Part shown: positions 46,639 through 57,723 of the stretch, in pieces | Numbering within the stretch: the first letter of the stretch is position 1 | How the letters are laid out: each line of letters starts with the position of its first letter | Source: a virus | IMG/VR virus record: IMGVR_UViG_3300045107_000413 | Coordinates: 1-64,000 of that record | Length of the DNA stretch: 64,000 bases | Reading direction: 5' to 3' (one strand) | The notes under the pieces: generated by a model | Seen by the model: only the letters and a program-made list of their open reading frames with translations | Told to the model about the DNA's origin: nothing | Database searches by the model: none | Translations under genes and position numbers: made by a program

Positions 46639-49600
46639 TCATTGATACCCCACCAGTGGACTGCCATACGTCGCCTGTGCTGAGCCATACGCTGCCGCCG
46701 GTATGCCGCCGATGCCCGTAGTGCCTGTGACCGTGACCGCCACGCTGTCCCGAAAATTCACCGTCTCCGTTGCCATCAGGTCAATGCTAGGCGCGGGCGC
46801 AGTCACCGGCCCGTAGTAGGAGGCCGTTGAGCCGCCGCCCGTCGTGCTGCTCACCTGCATACGCAAGAGCGTGGTGAGGATATTCGTCAACTCCGGGTTG
46901 AAGGCCCCCAGGTCGCACTGGCACTCATAGAGGGCTTGCCCAAGCGAGATGAAGCCCTTCAACACCAGCGTCACCTTCTGGATGATGAAGGACACGCGAA
47001 AGAAACTGTCCGTGCGCGACGTGAAGTAGACGGTATAGCCGGGGGTCATGAACTGGTTGGTAGAGAGGTGGATAATCGGGCGGGAGTAGCCGTATTCGCC
47101 TGCCTCGCCAATCCCCGCGTCAATGGCCGCCTGCACAGATGCTAAGGCGCTGTTATTCACCTGCCGCCAGAACATGCCAGAACTACCGAGGCGCTGGCTG
47201 TAAATGGCAACACTCTGCGCGTCAATCACAATGGCTGCGATCCCTGATGCCCCCGTCACATAGATGGCATTGCCGAGTTGCGTCCCGTCAATGTCACGGG
47301 TGTAGTCATAATACGCAAAGCTCACGATGTCATCCGGGGTATCGGATAACTCGAAGTTCAGCGTATTGTACCCCGGCGGCTGGTAGAAGATCGTCCAGTA
47401 ACTATCTACCCCGTAGATGTAGTTGGAGTTGGTCGCCAGCGCATCAAAGGCATCACGCGCCGTGCCGTTGTACTGGTAGGAGAGCGTATTCTGGAAGCCG
47501 TTGGTGGATGCGACATTCGCCGTTGAGAACACGCCGCTAAAATACTTGCTCACGATGCTCGTGATGATGCTGCTATCCGACTGGTTTGTCCACGTGTCAT
47601 TGAGTATCTGCTTTTGCAGCAGCCACGCATAGCCGGAGACCGTGACCGCCCACTGCCGGTTCGGCCCGATATGCGCCCCGGCAGTGGCTTTGGTGATGAC
47701 GCCGCCAAAGAGGCGCAACTGGCGGATGGCCGTGCCGTTGGGAAGCGCCACGCAGTTCTCTTGCCCGGCGGCGCACCAGGGCGTGGGGTAGGCAAGCTGG
47801 TAGTTCTTGCCTTGCGCAAAGGTCATGGGTTCGAGCATCGCCTGGGTAAAGGTGACGCTGCCGCTATTGGTTGCCCCCGTTGCCGTTGCCAGCAGTTGCG
47901 CTTGCAGGGCGGCTGCCCCTGCTGGCACGCTGACCTGCACGCTGTAGCGCGTCGCGGTGGCGCTCACCGGGGTCGGGCCGTCAAAGCGGACGCTTGAGAG
48001 TTGATTGCCGTACTGGTCAAGCAGGAAGACGCGCAGGGAGGCGGAGAGATTGACCGGGGACGCCCCCTGCACGGTGGCACTCAGCATGTAGGACTGACCT
48101 GCGACGATCATGCCGTTTTGCGTGGTCTGCGTCAGGTAGCCCACGTTGCCATTTGCCGCGTTCGCAAAGGTGATTTTGCCGCCGCCCCCGCTACTCTGGC
48201 TGTAGGAGATGCCCGTCTGGGCTGCGCGCGCGCTCCAGGCCGTCGTGTAGGGATTGAGCGCCGGGTTGAGCAAGAGGTTATGCGTCGGCTCCGGGATTTG
48301 TCCCGCATCCACAAACACCACCTCTTGCAGTTCAGAGAGCGGGATATGGGAGGGGTCATCTTGCAGGGTAAAGCTAAAGGTCGGGATAGGGTCGGATGCC
48401 GTGCGCTCCACGGAGATGCTCTCCTGCAAGAGCGTGGGGTAGAGGACGTCGTTGATAAGCAAAAACACCGGCCCCGGCGTCTGCGTGATGACGGGCGGGG
48501 TAGGCGTCGCGGCAACGAGCGCCAGGCCGTAGGCATAGTGGGATTGCACCGCCGTTGCCGATAAGCCTTTCGCGTAGATCGCGCACTCATCGAGGGTGCC
48601 GGGGAAGAAATCACTTCCCTTCTGCGGGTCATAGCCGAGGGAGAGCGTGCTTCCTGTGTCGTCAATTTGCCCCGTGACCTTGCCCGTCGTGCCGTTTGCT
48701 TGCCCGTTCACATAGAGCGTGATGGTGGTGCCGTCCCAGGTGGCAGCCACATAGTACCACACCCCTGCCTGGAAGGTCTGCGAGAAGGTGGCCTGCCCCC
48801 ACCTGTCTCCCTCCACGCCCACCGCACAGCCGCCGCCAGAGCCGCCTGCCCCAATCCAGAAGTCGATGCCGTCCCCGGAGTTGGTGGGCGTGGTTCCCGT
48901 TGCCCACAGCGTTGCCTTGTGGCTAAAGGTGTTGTTGGCAAGCTTCACCCAGGCTTCCAGCGTGAGCTTGTTCCAGCCGACCGGGGATGGCCCACTGCTA
49001 CAGACGAGGTGGGAGGAGGTGCCGTTGAAGAGGTAGGCCGTGTCGCTATCCCCTGCGAGCGCCCCCGCCTGGGAGTAGGTGATGCCCGTGCAAGTGGCCG
49101 TATTGTTGTTGCCGGAGGAGTCATGGGCGTTGCCTGACGCCTCATCCATGCGGTAGTACGCCTGCGGGCCGTCCTTCAAGATACCGGTCGCGTAGGGGAT
49201 GAAGGTGCCGGGCGTGCCACTACCGCCCCCGCCGCTGCCTGTGCCGCCACTGCTGCTCGTCCAGGTGGGGTACTGCTGCGCGTAGGCGCAAATCATGCCA
49301 TACGTTGGCTCGAAGGTGAAGACGCCGCCAATGGTCTGCGTGACGGACTTTACGGCCTGCGACTGCGCCGGGTTGGTCGTCGTGGTCACGGTATTGAACT
49401 GCGCGTTATCGGTGAAGATGAAGCCATATGTCGCCCCGCCTGCGCGCAGGGCGTCCAGCATGGCTTTGCTGTAGGTGGACTGCACGGCTGTACTGACGGG
49501 CGTCTGTGTGGTCTGCGCGTACACCTGGATACCGGAGGCATGCGTTGAGGCAGGTGTCCAGGGGGAGACGGCGACTGTCCCATTCTGAGAGCCTAATGGA

Positions 49601-51684
49601 TTGGTGGTAATGGGGAGCGTCGTAGCGTTCTTGGCAATCGTCCCGTAGGCATACACCTTTTCCGTCACGCCGGTGTTGCTGTAATCCACAAAGATGGGCG
49701 TGCCATCGCTGATGGAGGCAGGATGGGTGTAGGCGCTGCTCACGGCGAGACTGCTGTAGGCCGTGCCTGCGCTATAGGTCGCAGTCGTTGTGGTGAGTGC
49801 GCCGCCCCCGTCATCATAAATCGACCAGCCAAACTCGGCGCAGGAGAGGAGCGGATTAATCGAGTTGGCAGCAAAGATGGCCTGCAAGTCGAGGAGTTCC
49901 TGCGCGACACTTGGCGCGTTGATTTGTGATTGCGCGGCATCGGCAAAGGTAGATTTCGTCGGGTCTTGTTGCAGCGTCACCGTCCCATCCGGGTTGACGG
50001 TCGTCGTGCCATCTCTATAGTAGTGGAAGTCGACGCCTAAGAGCGTTCCCCCGGAGGCCGCCACCTGGCTGACCAGCCCCGTCATCCAGTTCTGGATATG
50101 CGCGCGCCCCGTCACGGCTGTCTTGCGCACCGCGCAGGCAAAAACCGGCGTTGCCGCGCAGCCCGGCACCGCCGCAATCGCTTGCTGCACCGCCACATAG
50201 GTAGGGGCTAAGATCGCCCCGCCGTTGTCCCACGTGCTGCTCATGTCCCAGGAGGCAGGCGAGCCGCCTGAGGTGTTGTAACTGCCTTGCCCCTGCACGC
50301 GCTGCTGGATGTCGGCGTTCTCGTTGTAGACCTGATAATTCTCGACGGTGCCAAAGCCGGTTTGCCCGTTGTAGCGCGTCGCCACGAGCGTCGCAAAGGC
50401 TACCATATCGGCTGTTGCCACCAGTTGCCCCGTCGCCTGCGTCGCCTCCCGCACCGGCTCGCCGGGGGAGTGCGTGTTGACCGGGTTCCAGCCGACCTGA
50501 CTGCTCTTCGAGGTGGAGATGCCGATAGAGGTTGCGCCCGCCGTGTAGGTATGGTTCGGGTTCCAGATAAATACCGTCTCGGCTGATGCTAAGCCCCAAC
50601 CAACCTGAATTTGATAGCCATGTGGCAGGTAGGCCCCGGCAGGCAGCGCGCTAATCGAGAGGTTGGTGTAGGCGGTGCCGTGCGTGTAGGTGCCATTGAG
50701 CGTCGCATTGGAGCCAAAGGCATCAAGGGTGAGTCGCCACGACGGGGCGTTGTCAAAGGCGAACCAGAAGCGAATGCCGGAGTAGTTGCACTTCTGCACG
50801 TGGTCATCCATCACGCCCCAGTCATAGAAGCCCTGGTAGGGTTCAATCGGCCCCCACTGCAACTGATCGCGCAGGGTCGGACTGGTGGTACTCGTCTTCC
50901 AGCCGGTGCTGCTGACGGAGTTCGGCCCCACCATATCGGTAATGAGTTGGGCGGGAAGGGGCGGCGGCGTCTTGGCGGTAAACCACGTGTTGCCGTATGG
51001 GCCTGCGGCAAGCGTGTTGTAGGCAGGCACGGTCGCAGGCGGCGGGTTATCGGTAACCGTGAAATTGTCAAAGGTCGCGCTTTGCCCGCTCGCAGTCGCC
51101 TGATAGAAGAGGCCGAAATTGCCAGGGCTGGTAAACGTCGTGTCAGCCACCTGTACCATCCAGCCCGCTGGTTCCCCTGAAGGGGTACTCCCTGCGCCCG
51201 CATTGGGGTCGGCCCAGAAGTTGCCCTTGACGTTGTTATTGTCATTGGGGTTATCCCCGAAGCCGCGAATACGCAAGTGCAGCCAGTAGTAGGTAGAGGC
51301 GGCAAAGGTGACAGTCGCGGTTTTGAGGCTTGTCGCGCTCGTGTTGTCTTTGATGAGGGAAAGCGTACTGCCTGTCACACTGAGGCGGTAGTCCTTTGTT
51401 GCCCCTGTCGCGCGGGAGACGAGTCCGACCGTAACCGCCGTGTTGCTCACTAGCACGCGCACATAGAGGTCGGTATCGGTAAACTGATTGGTGCCAAGCC
51501 AGAAGACGTTAGCGGCGGTATCACCGCTCAGTTGCCCGCGCTTCTGCGATGCAGCGGTGATGATCGTGGGGGTAGAGGCCCCGCTTTGTTGCGCCCACGT
51601 TTGCCCGCCGGAGGAGGGGTTCCAGCCGCTCGTCTTGGTATTAGAAAAACTGTCCTGAGCGTAATTTTGCAGGGTGTAGGTCAT
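46639..51684 (-). CDS. large tail protein: clan GH-A glycoside hydrolase, LamG/ConA-like and CBM-like domains, tail hub region
   Basis: WGPIEPYQGFYDW, YQVYNE, DFHYY, AEFGW; AYYRMDE, TLEAWVK, WYYVAATWDG, LYVNG, GTLDECAIY. Confidence 0.85.
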   Translation of the reverse strand: MTYTLQNYAQDSFSNTKTSGWNPSSGGQTWAQQSGASTPTIITAASQKRGQLSGDTAANVFWLGTNQFTDTDLYVRVLVSNTAVTVGLVSRATGATKDYRLSVTGSTLSLIKDNTSATSLKTATVTFAASTYYWLHLRIRGFGDNPNDNNNVKGNFWADPNAGAGSTPSGEPAGWMVQVADTTFTSPGNFGLFYQATASGQSATFDNFTVTDNPPPATVPAYNTLAAGPYGNTWFTAKTPPPLPAQLITDMVGPNSVSSTGWKTSTTSPTLRDQLQWGPIEPYQGFYDWGVMDDHVQKCNYSGIRFWFAFDNAPSWRLTLDAFGSNATLNGTYTHGTAYTNLSISALPAGAYLPHGYQIQVGWGLASAETVFIWNPNHTYTAGATSIGISTSKSSQVGWNPVNTHSPGEPVREATQATGQLVATADMVAFATLVATRYNGQTGFGTVENYQVYNENADIQQRVQGQGSYNTSGGSPASWDMSSTWDNGGAILAPTYVAVQQAIAAVPGCAATPVFACAVRKTAVTGRAHIQNWMTGLVSQVAASGGTLLGVDFHYYRDGTTTVNPDGTVTLQQDPTKSTFADAAQSQINAPSVAQELLDLQAIFAANSINPLLSCAEFGWSIYDDGGGALTTTTATYSAGTAYSSLAVSSAYTHPASISDGTPIFVDYSNTGVTEKVYAYGTIAKNATTLPITTNPLGSQNGTVAVSPWTPASTHASGIQVYAQTTQTPVSTAVQSTYSKAMLDALRAGGATYGFIFTDNAQFNTVTTTTNPAQSQAVKSVTQTIGGVFTFEPTYGMICAYAQQYPTWTSSSGGTGSGGGGSGTPGTFIPYATGILKDGPQAYYRMDEASGNAHDSSGNNNTATCTGITYSQAGALAGDSDTAYLFNGTSSHLVCSSGPSPVGWNKLTLEAWVKLANNTFSHKATLWATGTTPTNSGDGIDFWIGAGGSGGGCAVGVEGDRWGQATFSQTFQAGVWYYVAATWDGTTITLYVNGQANGTTGKVTGQIDDTGSTLSLGYDPQKGSDFFPGTLDECAIYAKGLSATAVQSHYAYGLALVAATPTPPVITQTPGPVFLLINDVLYPTLLQESISVERTASDPIPTFSFTLQDDPSHIPLSELQEVVFVDAGQIPEPTHNLLLNPALNPYTTAWSARAAQTGISYSQSSGGGGKITFANAANGNVGYLTQTTQNGMIVAGQSYMLSATVQGASPVNLSASLRVFLLDQYGNQLSSVRFDGPTPVSATATRYSVQVSVPAGAAALQAQLLATATGATNSGSVTFTQAMLEPMTFAQGKNYQLAYPTPWCAAGQENCVALPNGTAIRQLRLFGGVITKATAGAHIGPNRQWAVTVSGYAWLLQKQILNDTWTNQSDSSIITSIVSKYFSGVFSTANVASTNGFQNTLSYQYNGTARDAFDALATNSNYIYGVDSYWTIFYQPPGYNTLNFELSDTPDDIVSFAYYDYTRDIDGTQLGNAIYVTGASGIAAIVIDAQSVAIYSQRLGSSGMFWRQVNNSALASVQAAIDAGIGEAGEYGYSRPIIHLSTNQFMTPGYTVYFTSRTDSFFRVSFIIQKVTLVLKGFISLGQALYECQCDLGAFNPELTNILTTLLRMQVSSTTGGGSTASYYGPVTAPAPSIDLMATETVNFRDSVAVTVTGTTGIGGIPAAAYGSAQATYGSPLVGYQ

Positions 51685-51831
51685 AGCACCCCCTTGAGAG
51701 AGATGCTACAATGAGCAAAAGCTCTTCCCGATTGGTGGAACTGGTACCACGTCTCACTTTGGATGAGAAGGTTGGAAGTTCGAGTCTTCCATCGGGAGGT
51801 ATCTTTGCAATCAGAGAAGGAGAAGGTATCC

Positions 51832-52382
51832 ATGAAAGATGACGTGCGTGACGCATTAGGGAAAGCGGCATATGAGGCAATGCTTGCATATCGCAGGAAG
51901 ACGTACCATGCAGGTGACTTACCGCAATGGGACGCACTGGATGAAGATGACCGGGAAGAAAACCGATATGCAGCAGAGGCCGTGGTGAACAAGTTGGCAG
52001 AGATGCTCTTGCCTGTCATGGTCAATACCCTGCTCACGGCTTCACAGATAGCAGCAATAGTGAGGAGGATGGCATGAGTGAAGAGAGAGACAGCCACTTT
52101 GCAGGCTTTGCGCGCCTGCTTATTCCAGAACTGGATGCGCAAGTTGGAGCGGTCACGACGTGGGCAATGGAGCAAGGCGTCGATGATGAGCAAAAGATTG
52201 CGCAGGAACTCGCAGCCCGTTGGCGCCTGCTCCTTGCCCGCCGTGCCTATGATCTGGTAGAGCATGCCCTCAAGGAAGCCGAGGAACGTGACCTGTTTGC
52301 TGATGACCTTTATGGCCGCTTTCGCCTGAGTACCGGGGCGAAAATCAGTGAAATCCCTGACATGGGCGCCCTGCCTGACTAA
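51832..52382 (+). CDS. two small hypothetical ORFs (51832-52077, 52074-52382) inserted antisense in the tail operon
   Basis: RBSs and ATGA coupling. Confidence 0.55.
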
Positions 52383-53086
52383 CTGCATTCCTTCACCGCC
52401 TTTTGCCCCGTGTGTGCCTGCCAGCGTTGGATAGTTGCTATACAGGCATCGGGGTCTATCTCCATTGCGTAGCAGGTGTATCCCATGCTCTGACAGACCA
52501 CAAGTACCGTGCCACCGCCACAAAACGGCTCATAGATAATCCCGTTCTCAGGAACAAATTTCAAGCAATAAATAGCCCATGAAACTGATTGTTCCCATTC
52601 ATGAAATTTCTTCTGCAAAGGCGCGTTCTCAAATCCGTCTCGCACAAAGCCACGACCTCGAGGCCATGAGCCATTCACCCACCAGACAATTGGCTTCCAC
52701 ATGATTTCTATACCCATTGCCATACGTGGATGAGAACCATTTGCTTGCCACATACTGATAAGCCAACGGTATTTGAGATGCTTGCCTACATCATTAAGAA
52801 CTTCTGGTATGAGGTAGTGGGGTACGATAGACAGGAAGCTCCCACCATCTTTCAAAAGACTCGGAAGGTGACTCGCTACACATCTGTAAAGATGGGCGTA
52901 TTCTCGAGGGTAAGGCGGGTCAGTGATACAGGCATCTGCCGTTTCCCCGCCCATCAGGCGCGTGACATCCTCACTATTCGTCGAGTCACCACAAAGCAGG
53001 CGGTGCCGTCCCAGTGCAAAGAGATCGCCGCGCTGTACTGTGACCGGTTCTGTCCACATATTCCCCTGTTGTGGTGTGCCTATCAT
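52379..53086 (-). CDS. DNA amino-methyltransferase (N4-C/N6-A)
   Basis: HRLLCGDS, ITDPPY, EPFCGGGT, MEIDP. Confidence 0.9.
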   Translation of the reverse strand: MIGTPQQGNMWTEPVTVQRGDLFALGRHRLLCGDSTNSEDVTRLMGGETADACITDPPYPREYAHLYRCVASHLPSLLKDGGSFLSIVPHYLIPEVLNDVGKHLKYRWLISMWQANGSHPRMAMGIEIMWKPIVWWVNGSWPRGRGFVRDGFENAPLQKKFHEWEQSVSWAIYCLKFVPENGIIYEPFCGGGTVLVVCQSMGYTCYAMEIDPDACIATIQRWQAHTGQKAVKECS

Positions 53087-53106
53087 CCCACTTCCCCCTC
53101 CCTCTG

Positions 53107-55776
53107 CTAAATATTGCCGAATTGCGCGCGCAGCTTATCCCCCAGGTTGCGCGCCAGTTGACTGACCTCACTGCTGCTGCCTGATGCCATATTGACACTC
53201 ACGTTGAGCGTAACCGGGCCGTGCGTGATGTTCGTGGTGTGTGCCGCCTGCTGTGGGGCCTTAATCATGGCATTGAGTTGCGCCTGTAGTTGCGGTTGCG
53301 CCTGCTTCATGCCCTCTACAAAGCCCTTGACTGCGTTTTGCCCCCACTCGATGATGTGCTGGCCTTCCCCCATTTTGGCAGGAGAGTGGAAGCCCAGAAA
53401 GGAGGCAACGGTGGAGATGATATTTTTTGCGGCGTTACCCACGGCACCCACCATGCTCATGATACCCGAAATGAAGCCGGAGATCACATTTTTGCCCCAC
53501 GTGATAGCGATTGAGGCCAGATTACTAAACCAGGAAGAGATGTTGTGCCAGATGGAAGACAGCGCCCCGGAGATGCCCGCCCAGGCGGCGCTAAAGACGC
53601 CCGTGATGGCTGACCACGCCGACTGTACCAGTCCTTTGACCGTCCCCCACAGCGTAGTCCAGCCTGCCACCTGCTTTGCCCACCAGGCAGAAATGGCCCC
53701 CCACAGGGCAGAGAGGACAGCCATGATGGCCCCGGAGATAGCCGTCCAGATGGACTGGGCAAGACTCTTCAGATTGTTCCAGACCCCCGTAAGCCAGGTC
53801 ATGACGGCATTCCAGATGGTGACAATGCCCTTCCACTCCGTCTGTACCGCCGCCTGAATAGCCGTCGTGAGCGCCGTCCAGATGGCCTGTGCGCTGGTTT
53901 TGAGGTTCTGCCACGTGGTCGTCACCCAACTGACAATTGCCTTCCACGTGCTTTGCAGCCAGGTACTCACGCCCGTAATGACCGTGCGGATGCCGTTCAC
54001 CAGATCATGGAAATAATAGTTGTGGTTGTAGAGCCAGCTAAACCAGCCCACAACGGTCTGGATAGCTGTCTTGATGGCCCCGACGATATTGCCCCATACG
54101 CTCTTTGCCAGTGAGACGATGCCGCCCCAGACGCCCGCCAGGAAGGATTTCACCTGGTTCCAGTGCGTGACGATAAAAAGGACGGCCATGCCCACCGGGC
54201 CGATGATGACGGCTAGCAGGATGAGGGCGGCGACACGCACTATTTGTACAATTACTGACCAGGCGGCAGAAGCGGCAGATTGTATCCCCGACCAGATAGC
54301 ATGCATACGAGTACCCAGGCCAGAGAAGAAATTCCCGATAGCGGTGACGGCATTGTGCGCAAAGGTGCCAATAGCGGAGAAAATATTGCCGAAGAAGCTA
54401 GAGATGCCTGACCAGACGCCCTTGAGCCAGGCCGTGATTTGCCCCCAGTGCTGGATAGCCAGGATGAGCAGGGCAACGGCGGCAATGACTGCCAGGACAA
54501 TGGCCCACAGTGGCGCACCGGCAATAGTTACCGCAAGAAAGCCGCCCGCCATCGCAATGAGGGAGGGTACCACTGCTGCCAGGACAATCACGGCCAGCCC
54601 TGCCAGCACACCGCCCAATACGGCAAGCACGGGGGAGTTGGCTTGCAGCGTAGCAGCCCATTTCGCAAAATTCGTGATGAGCGGGGTGACGGCCCCCAGG
54701 ATTTTCCCCAGGACGGGCAAGAGTTTGGTGCCGATTTCAATGGCGGCGACCTGGACGGCGGCGCGCGCCTGATCCATCTTGAAGTTGAAGGTCTGCTGTA
54801 CCGCACTCCAACCAGCTACTGATCCCTTGTTGGCATTCATCACCCCCGACACGTTCTTCATGTTCGCCTCGAAGGTCTGCAAGTGCGTCCCGGTCAGGTC
54901 AAGCAACCCCTGCATTTGCTTGGAGCCGCCCGCAATGGCCTTGAGGGCCGCCACGTACTGCGGGGAGCCGACCTTGTAGGTCTGGGCTAAGTGCTGCATA
55001 ATCATGGAGAGCGCATCCGGCAGGCTCTTCTTCATCTCCGCGCTCACCTGACTGGTAGTGAGGCCAATGGCCTTGAGCGCATCCGAGCCTGCTTTGGCAG
55101 GGGCGGAGAGGGCAATCAAGAGCTGGCGCAAATAGGTCGCGGCGTTGGCAGCAGGCACGCCCTCCGCCGTCATGGTCGCCATCGCCGCCCCCACGTCAAT
55201 GAGATGCACCCCCACCGCAGAGGCGGTCGGCAGGATTTGCGACATGGAGCCTGCTAAGTCCTGCATCGTCGTCTTGCCGTTTTGCACGATGGCCGTCAGA
55301 AAGTTCATGGCCGTGGCCGCGTCCTTCGCCTTGATGCCGTAGTCCGTCATGACGGTGGTGAGGGCATTCGCCACGACAGCCAGGTCGGCATTACCGACCT
55401 TACTGCCCTCGGCTGCTACCCGCATCACCTCAAGGCCCGCCGCCCCGTGATAGCCCGCGCTCTCGATCATGAACATACCCTGGATAAGTTGCTGCGTGGA
55501 TGTACCCGTATCGACCGACATTTGCAGGAGGCTCTGCCCCACCATGCCGATGGCTTTGCTGGACTCACCCGCCCCCGTCACCAGCGTGGTGAGGCCACTC
55601 TGAAAATCTGCCGCCGCCTTGACGGAGTAGCCGACTGCCGCCCCGAAGGCCAGCAGCGCCGCCCCCGCCGCCATTGCCGCTGGTTGCACGGCGCTCATGT
55701 ACTGGCTGAATTGCTGCATCGCACCTGAAGCGTTGTTTTGTGCATTAATGATGATACGCAACGTAATATCTGGCAT
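53107..55776 (-). CDS. tail tape measure protein (TP901-like)
   Basis: Ala/Gly-rich, GKTTMQDL, AANAATYLR, Trp-periodic repeats, GFHSPAK. Confidence 0.95.
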   Translation of the reverse strand: MPDITLRIIINAQNNASGAMQQFSQYMSAVQPAAMAAGAALLAFGAAVGYSVKAAADFQSGLTTLVTGAGESSKAIGMVGQSLLQMSVDTGTSTQQLIQGMFMIESAGYHGAAGLEVMRVAAEGSKVGNADLAVVANALTTVMTDYGIKAKDAATAMNFLTAIVQNGKTTMQDLAGSMSQILPTASAVGVHLIDVGAAMATMTAEGVPAANAATYLRQLLIALSAPAKAGSDALKAIGLTTSQVSAEMKKSLPDALSMIMQHLAQTYKVGSPQYVAALKAIAGGSKQMQGLLDLTGTHLQTFEANMKNVSGVMNANKGSVAGWSAVQQTFNFKMDQARAAVQVAAIEIGTKLLPVLGKILGAVTPLITNFAKWAATLQANSPVLAVLGGVLAGLAVIVLAAVVPSLIAMAGGFLAVTIAGAPLWAIVLAVIAAVALLILAIQHWGQITAWLKGVWSGISSFFGNIFSAIGTFAHNAVTAIGNFFSGLGTRMHAIWSGIQSAASAAWSVIVQIVRVAALILLAVIIGPVGMAVLFIVTHWNQVKSFLAGVWGGIVSLAKSVWGNIVGAIKTAIQTVVGWFSWLYNHNYYFHDLVNGIRTVITGVSTWLQSTWKAIVSWVTTTWQNLKTSAQAIWTALTTAIQAAVQTEWKGIVTIWNAVMTWLTGVWNNLKSLAQSIWTAISGAIMAVLSALWGAISAWWAKQVAGWTTLWGTVKGLVQSAWSAITGVFSAAWAGISGALSSIWHNISSWFSNLASIAITWGKNVISGFISGIMSMVGAVGNAAKNIISTVASFLGFHSPAKMGEGQHIIEWGQNAVKGFVEGMKQAQPQLQAQLNAMIKAPQQAAHTTNITHGPVTLNVSVNMASGSSSEVSQLARNLGDKLRAQFGNI

Positions 55777-55809
55777 TATTTCTGTACTTTCATAGGAATA
55801 CTACCAGAC

Positions 55810-56474
55810 CTACCCCACGCTGATTTTGCGTCCACCACCTGCTCCACCATCCTCACCACTTCCCTTGCGCTTCATGTCCTCAATCTCTGCCTGCTGCTGC
55901 GCGTAGAGTTCATACTCGTACTCATTGCGCGCCACGAGATACATCCGTACCCGCCGTACCAGTCTATCGGGGGGCGGCTTGCCGTAAATGTCGCGGTAGC
56001 CTGCAAAGGCATTCCACACCTGGATTTCCAGGGCTTCCGTTACGGGGTCGTCATCGTCGCTGCACTCGTTCCTGACGAACCTCTGGCAGAGGGCAAAAAA
56101 GCTTTATCTTGCTCCTCCGTATCCGGGTTGAGGTCATTGATGACGGCAATGACAAAGGCGGAAAGCCGGTCACTCATGCGCTCAATCGTCTGCTCGGAGA
56201 GCGGGATGGGTACCTGTTGCCCGCTCTGTTTGTCCAGTTTCGTGCGGTGCCACGCCACAATCATGCGCTTGAGCAGGGCAAGGTTGACGTTGCCGGGCGT
56301 CAAGTCCATCTGCGGGTTCTTCTGGCTCCCTGTCACCGTTGAGGCGTGGTTCATTATCCAGGCCCGGTCTGCCGCGCTCATCTCCGCCTTGACCTGAATG
56401 TACTCATGAGGCGCAAGCGGCCCGCCCGTAATCGTGTAGAGGTCTTCGTCGTCGTATGGTTGACTGTAATTCAT
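55810..56474 (-). CDS. tail assembly chaperones G (56474-56040) and GT via -1 frameshift
   Basis: Slippery T TTT TTG at 56100-56094; the -1 frame is open to the stop at 55810; directly upstream of tape measure. Confidence 0.85.
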
Positions 56475-56499
56475 AGGGTTCTCCTTTATGGCTGTGTTG

Positions 56500-56763
56500 T
56501 TACATCGTGCCAACTTGCGCCCGTAACTGCTCAGAAAGCCGCCCGCAGGCTTCCTGCTCTGCCTGCACCTGCTCGGCATGAACGCCACAGGCGCGCGCCG
56601 CCTCCTCCATTTGTCCCGCCACGAGCGCAAGCAGCGTGCCGCCCGTGCCATGCAAGAGCGCAAGGGCGTACTCCCGCGCCAAATCAAGGGCGCGCTCAGG
56701 GGCAAAGCCCGTTCTGAGTAGCGTTGCCAGGTACTCCTCAAGGGAAAGCGGTGTCTGTTGCAT
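56500..56763 (-). CDS. hypothetical coiled-coil protein (may start further upstream)
   Basis: GAGGGG RBS before MQQTP. Confidence 0.5.
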   Translation of the reverse strand: MQQTPLSLEEYLATLLRTGFAPERALDLAREYALALLHGTGGTLLALVAGQMEEAARACGVHAEQVQAEQEACGRLSEQLRAQVGTM

Positions 56764-57035
56764 ATGTTTCCCCTCAGAGGGTTGCGCACACCCTGCATTC
56801 AGGTTCAGGAAGATATCTCTTGTTGAGCGTGAGACGAGCATGGATTGCTCCGTCTCTTTGCCGCAGTGGGGACACATCATAGGAAGCCTCTTTCTTTTTG
56901 TGGAATAGGATAAAAGGGCATGAAGTTGCATGGGAAGCGGGTTTGTGGTATACTGTAGAAAAGATGTTCGCCAGCAGGGGCGTTGGTAGCACCCCTGCTA
57001 ACTAGACAACGAACCTGAAGTGGAGGCTCATTGCC

Positions 57036-57713
57036 ATGTCTGATAGTATACCTTCTGATACCCCGCAAGACAATCATACCCCGAAAACAACATATATCTA
57101 CATCCTGAGAGACCCCGAAACAAATGCTATTCGCTATGTCGGCAAAGCCGATAATCTTGAGAAGCGTTTGCAAAGACATCTTCAAAAGGATGTTGATTCG
57201 CACCGTTCGCGTTGGGTGAATAGCCTGAAGCGGCGTGGTCTCAAACCAGTTATTGAACTGGTTGAGGAAGTGCCATATGACCAGTGGCCTGAACGGGAAC
57301 GCTACTGGATTGCCCGCTTTCGCGCTCAAGGTTGTGACCTCACAAACACCGCAACCGGCGGCAATGGTGGCAGTGGCCCCGTCTCTCCTGAAGTTCGCGC
57401 CAAGATTTCTGCCGCAAATAAGGGGCGCAAATTTCCACCTATGTCAGAAGAGACCCGACGTAAGATGAGTGAATCCCGTAAGGGGCGTAAGAACTCCCCT
57501 GAAGCTATTGCAAAAACGGCGGCTGCTCTAAGAGGCAGGAAAGCCTCACCAGAGACCCGTGCAAAACTCTCAATGGCGCATAAGGGGCAGATTCCAACTT
57601 TCGGAAAGGGTGCTAAGCATACCCCTGAAACACGTGCTAAGATGTCTTTGAGCAAGAGACAGAAACGTTTCATGCGTGAAAATCCTCCCGATAGCCCTAC
57701 TCTATGGAATTAG
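57036..57713 (+). CDS. free-standing GIY-YIG homing endonuclease with NUMOD3 repeats
   Basis: YIYILRDP...RYVGKA...RLQRH; SEETRRKMS and TPETRAKMS repeats; own promoter TTGCAT-17-TATACT at 56926-56954. Confidence 0.9.
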   Translation: MSDSIPSDTPQDNHTPKTTYIYILRDPETNAIRYVGKADNLEKRLQRHLQKDVDSHRSRWVNSLKRRGLKPVIELVEEVPYDQWPERERYWIARFRAQGCDLTNTATGGNGGSGPVSPEVRAKISAANKGRKFPPMSEETRRKMSESRKGRKNSPEAIAKTAAALRGRKASPETRAKLSMAHKGQIPTFGKGAKHTPETRAKMSLSKRQKRFMRENPPDSPTLWN

Positions 57714-57723
57714 ACTATACATG

